This document shows positions 14,301 to 16,113 of a stretch of DNA of 16,113 bases, in pieces. Every line of letters begins with the position of its first letter. Position 1 is the stretch's first letter. Position numbers and translations under genes: made by a program. Source of the stretch: an archaeon (lineage in GTDB: Archaea; Iainarchaeota; Iainarchaeia; Iainarchaeales; CSSED10-239); the NCBI GenBank assembly GCA_035390665.1, contig DAOOUC010000011.1, forward strand, positions 1 through 16,113, read 5' to 3'. Under the pieces are notes generated by a model. It ran no database searches. It was given only the letters and a program-made list of their open reading frames with translations, and was not told the DNA's origin.

Positions 14301-16113
14301 AATTAAAGATGAACAAACAGGAATTGAAGTTGATAAACAAGTTACTGTTAGTGTAAAAGATAGATTCAAAAAAGATTTAATTTCTAATGTTTTAGTTGGC
14401 GCTTTAGGTAAAGTTTCAATTACAAACATACCTGGTCAAGAAACAGGAAATAAAGTTTATGTTTATGTTCAAGCTCCAGAGTATGAGACACATATTTCTG
14501 AAATTGAAGTTACAGAGAATATATTTAAAGTAACTCCAACTAAAATTGGTGTTTCATTAAACATCAATACAAAAACAGAAGAGACTGCAAAATTCACTAT
14601 TGAAAATTTAAGTGAAAATTCTTTAGTAATTGAGTCAATTAGATTTGTTGGAGATGAAACAAAATTAGAATCACTAGATATTGCAAGAATAAATACAGCA
14701 TTATCTGGATATTATGATATTGAAATTCCAGGAATTGTAAAAGATGAAACAACTTATAATAATAAGAAAGAAATTGATGCAAAATTCTTTACAAGCCCAA
14801 GAGCTCAAACACTTAAAGAAGTAAAGAATTTGTCTTCTAATCTTGTTATTAAATTAAGAGACAAATATAATAAGCAATATTCTTGGGAAATGGAACTTCC
14901 AGTAACAATAACTGTTGGTTTTGAAGGATTAATGGATAATTCCAATTGTATTACTCTTTCAGAAGGAATGTGGGAAACAACAGTTGTTGATAAATATGTA
15001 GATACACAATTTACTTTGAAAAACAACTGTGGGGTAAATAGTAGACCTGTTCCATTAAACGGAGGCTTGTCTGCAAAGGTAGAATTTGAAGGCAATCCAT
15101 TAGGTGTATTTACTGTAGATGTTGGTACAAGAAAAGTAGAATTATCACACGGATATTTTAAATCAATTTATGATACTGTAGATTCAGAAAAAGTATATAG
15201 TGTTAATTTAAGATACACTCCTGTTGGAAGATATACAGGAGATATAAAAGGAAAAATAATATTTAGATCTCTAAATACAACAAACCAAGGAAGTCAAGAA
15301 CTATTAACCGAATATAAGTTTACACTACACGTAGTAAGCTTAAGTGACTGTTATGTTCTTTCAAAGAAAGTATTAACAGCAAAAGAAACTGGAGAAGCAG
15401 ATTCATTTACTATAGAAAATAAAAATTGTGGATCTCAAACAGTCTATAGACTTTCATGTGATGAATGTAATGGTCTTGTATTAAATCCAAAAGAAAACAT
15501 AACTGTTCCAGCAACAGGAAGTAGTGAAGAAATAAAAGTAATGTCAATGGGTGCAATGCCAGGAGTATATTTATTAAATGTTTACTCTAAAGTTGGTGGA
15601 GCAAGAGGACACGAGAGAAATGTTGGAAAAGTTAGAGTAGAAGTAAGACCTAACACTCAATGTCTTGACCTTGACAGATACGAATATGATCTTTATAGAT
15701 ATCAATACTCAGAAAACACAGGACAAGAAGTAAAAGCAAAAAGCTTTGATACAGGAAATATAATCAACCGTTGTTATGGTCAAACAGTAAAAGTACAAGG
15801 AGAAGTCAAAGACTCTGCAAAATGGCAAGTTGCCCTATTTAACGGAGTAAGAGACGGATTATTTACTGGTGCAACATCTGGTTTAATAAACGCAATGATT
15901 CCAGACAAAAATGCAGAATGTAATACTGGAATTTTAGGAATAGGGAAGAAAGCATGTCCTGAAGGTTTTGATTGTAAATCAGGAAAATGTGTTGCAAAAG
16001 AAGTAACTCCTCCTGTAAATAATGAACAAAATCAAAAAAACTTAGAAAAAGTATGTAATCCTGCTTGTGCTGATACTCATGAATGTGTAAATGGTGCATG
16101 TCAATTAAAAGTT
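11395..16113 (+). CDS. Second giant membrane-anchored multidomain surface protein, at least 1573 aa, 3' end beyond the window; diverged paralog of the 2563-aa protein
   Basis: Own line-by-line translation (every numbered line from 11401 starts in frame) shows no in-frame stop to 16113. MGLKNIYYFFENKWYDFVEKTGLYKVTDKIDKVMPSFLLFILIIIMLIAGIFLMIP... start and repeated beta-sandwich motifs (ILVKVKKSNNQAISGATVTLKYID..TTDSDGQAYLAV; LKLRVINSETGKGFPNAQVVLYSS..MTNSDGNVTFVV; LLVTVVDKDGEAVPHANILLFD). Absent from the supplied ORF track. Confidence 0.92.
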   Translation, partial: MGLKNIYYFFENKWYDFVEKTGLYKVTDKIDKVMPSFLLFILIIIMLIAGIFLMIPSIQGKGEATISFSVLDDEGNSVPLAPIMVSTETDNFRLTTDDYGTTEPISLKKDSEIYVSIDYSGSNYEKYSNNFVISDNQEIVIYLDNAESETQKVNYNFSLVDSLTSANIPNDGSIVFSCRNLGPIAPGTVTVIGGVVEVQADSACQLVAQSISIQGYETKYGVSISPQTSMIDLTKLSIGFEEQQTYSLYISVNNEAGNPLSSMQAKLYQNNVEIIGGNCLTANGVCTITGLESGSYTLKVTDTRTNAEYGQAQSSVYISSNTNQPITMTRNIAGYILVKVKKSNNQAISGATVTLKYIDNDNVDIASYTTDSDGQAYLAVYDLTKRYRVVVDKEDYLIASQSNIVAVANYPTNPTVTITLQQITPTTAAQLKLRVINSETGKGFPNAQVVLYSSDTGFLTDYKPKMTNSDGNVTFVVSSGNYYAKAFKGSSIGLSEEFEFNVRDATTAEAKIIPMEITKGNLLVTVVDKDGEAVPHANILLFDRYNSRTPIWGGDLANIDGTYEITEIVSDQDVYVVVSDIISNLGSTQSEFVYIKPNETNELKVTLYNKINASQKPKIEFLGFFNDSGSRLNGYIRSGAEYKAKFLLLIPSERWDSDLEEFEEVGAILRTGSSNTPYMENDSIYIKDIVLPNSEIQKFTQYSSEDGYDGKDDVDTRTEGDAKWAKVIFNPINNRDYATAYTIMADLKVKDDAAYGEKVDIHYLGFGYNEDEEYESDPVDNTNNDDVEYMTYKTESFNIGEEQACSDDFCFTLNITNLDEDLREDVVDNYNAKPQQNYKLRFGLINNNKDRIYTNNSRFEIKNADKGLIFKDINFTQPNSSHTNINVIPDTYEYKITTQQFNPHSTISGEIQFVPSLKGDRQILLQYVSDQRIVFTRLINIHVLSDKTFKVEITPEVIPSGKNFNLELEIKDEQTGIEVDKQVTVSVKDRFKKDLISNVLVGALGKVSITNIPGQETGNKVYVYVQAPEYETHISEIEVTENIFKVTPTKIGVSLNINTKTEETAKFTIENLSENSLVIESIRFVGDETKLESLDIARINTALSGYYDIEIPGIVKDETTYNNKKEIDAKFFTSPRAQTLKEVKNLSSNLVIKLRDKYNKQYSWEMELPVTITVGFEGLMDNSNCITLSEGMWETTVVDKYVDTQFTLKNNCGVNSRPVPLNGGLSAKVEFEGNPLGVFTVDVGTRKVELSHGYFKSIYDTVDSEKVYSVNLRYTPVGRYTGDIKGKIIFRSLNTTNQGSQELLTEYKFTLHVVSLSDCYVLSKKVLTAKETGEADSFTIENKNCGSQTVYRLSCDECNGLVLNPKENITVPATGSSEEIKVMSMGAMPGVYLLNVYSKVGGARGHERNVGKVRVEVRPNTQCLDLDRYEYDLYRYQYSENTGQEVKAKSFDTGNIINRCYGQTVKVQGEVKDSAKWQVALFNGVRDGLFTGATSGLINAMIPDKNAECNTGILGIGKKACPEGFDCKSGKCVAKEVTPPVNNEQNQKNLEKVCNPACADTHECVNGACQLKV
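11500..11559 (+). other. Predicted transmembrane anchor of gene 4 product (residues ~36-55)
   Basis: SFLLFILIIIMLIAGIFLMI after 35 mostly charged/aromatic residues. Confidence 0.75.
12120..13215 (+). repeat. Tandem CNA-B / carboxypeptidase-regulatory-like domains in gene 4 product (about 4)
   Basis: YSLYISVNNEAGNPLSSMQAKLYQN; GYILVKVKKSNNQAISGATVTLKYID; LKLRVINSETGKGFPNAQVVLYSSD; LLVTVVDKDGEAVPHANILLFDR, each with a downstream G-containing turn. Confidence 0.6.
14947..15774 (+). repeat. Three successive Cys-pair modules in gene 4 product, colinear with those of gene 3
   Basis: NC(14947)ITLSEGMWETTVVDKYVDTQFTLKNNC(15028); DC(15349)YVLSKKVLTAKETGEADSFTIENKNC(15427); QC(15661)LDLDRYEYDLYRYQYSENTGQ...NRC(15772)YG. 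Confidence 0.55.
15919..16101 (+). other. Cys-rich small modules with tandem C-x5-C-x4-C motif
   Basis: CNTGILGIGKKACPEGFDCKSGKCV...VCNPACADTHECVNGAC; both CPEGFDCKSGKC and CADTHECVNGAC fit C-x5-C-x4-C. Confidence 0.6.

Noticed and set aside
11966-16099. Eight minus-strand ORFs of 60-96 aa (11966-12256, 12840-13070, 13236-13421, 14184-14429, 14805-15095, 15863-16099 and similar)
   Set aside because: All lie antisense within the long open frame 11395..>16113. Their Leu/Phe/Ser-biased translations are typical of the reverse complement of Asn/Lys/Glu-rich coding sequence, and none has a domain signature.
15955-16101. Cys-rich motifs considered as zinc fingers
   Set aside because: C-x5-C-x4-C spacing and predicted extracellular location (after a type II anchor) fit disulfide modules better than CxxC zinc sites.

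Overview
AT-rich, single-strand (+) gene cluster of four consecutive CDSs, read as a cell-surface/secretion locus. It is probably from a DPANN-type archaeon; that is an inference from gene content, the prepilin-like N-terminus, TATA-like motifs and GGTG-type ribosome-binding sites. (1) 2..1780: large protein, possibly truncated at the 5' side, with a Lys-rich coiled-coil-like middle and a C-terminal papain-fold (NlpC/P60- or CHAP-like) Cys/His peptidase/amidase-like domain. (2) 1816..3525: 569-aa protein with a type IV prepilin-like N-terminus (KG^FTLFTALISLILVSISLALVF). (3) 3659..11350: 2563-aa membrane-anchored multidomain beta-rich surface protein. (4) 11395..>16113: a second giant membrane-anchored protein, at least 1573 aa, missing from the supplied ORF track because it has no stop codon inside the window. 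I translated it line by line and found it open to the last base. Proteins 3 and 4 are diverged tandem paralogs: they share an MGLKxxYYxxExK cytoplasmic start plus one TM, N-terminal carboxypeptidase-regulatory/CNA-B-like repeats, a distinctive IEF(L/I)GF(F/Y) domain, and three Cys-pair modules in the same order. Protein 3 has a Tyr/Asn/Gln/Met-rich low-complexity segment inserted between the first and second Cys modules. The 133-nt gap before gene 3 carries a duplicated 10-nt palindrome GTTTATAAAC that also forms the outer arms of an imperfect hairpin. No tRNA, rRNA, CRISPR or mobile element was recognised.
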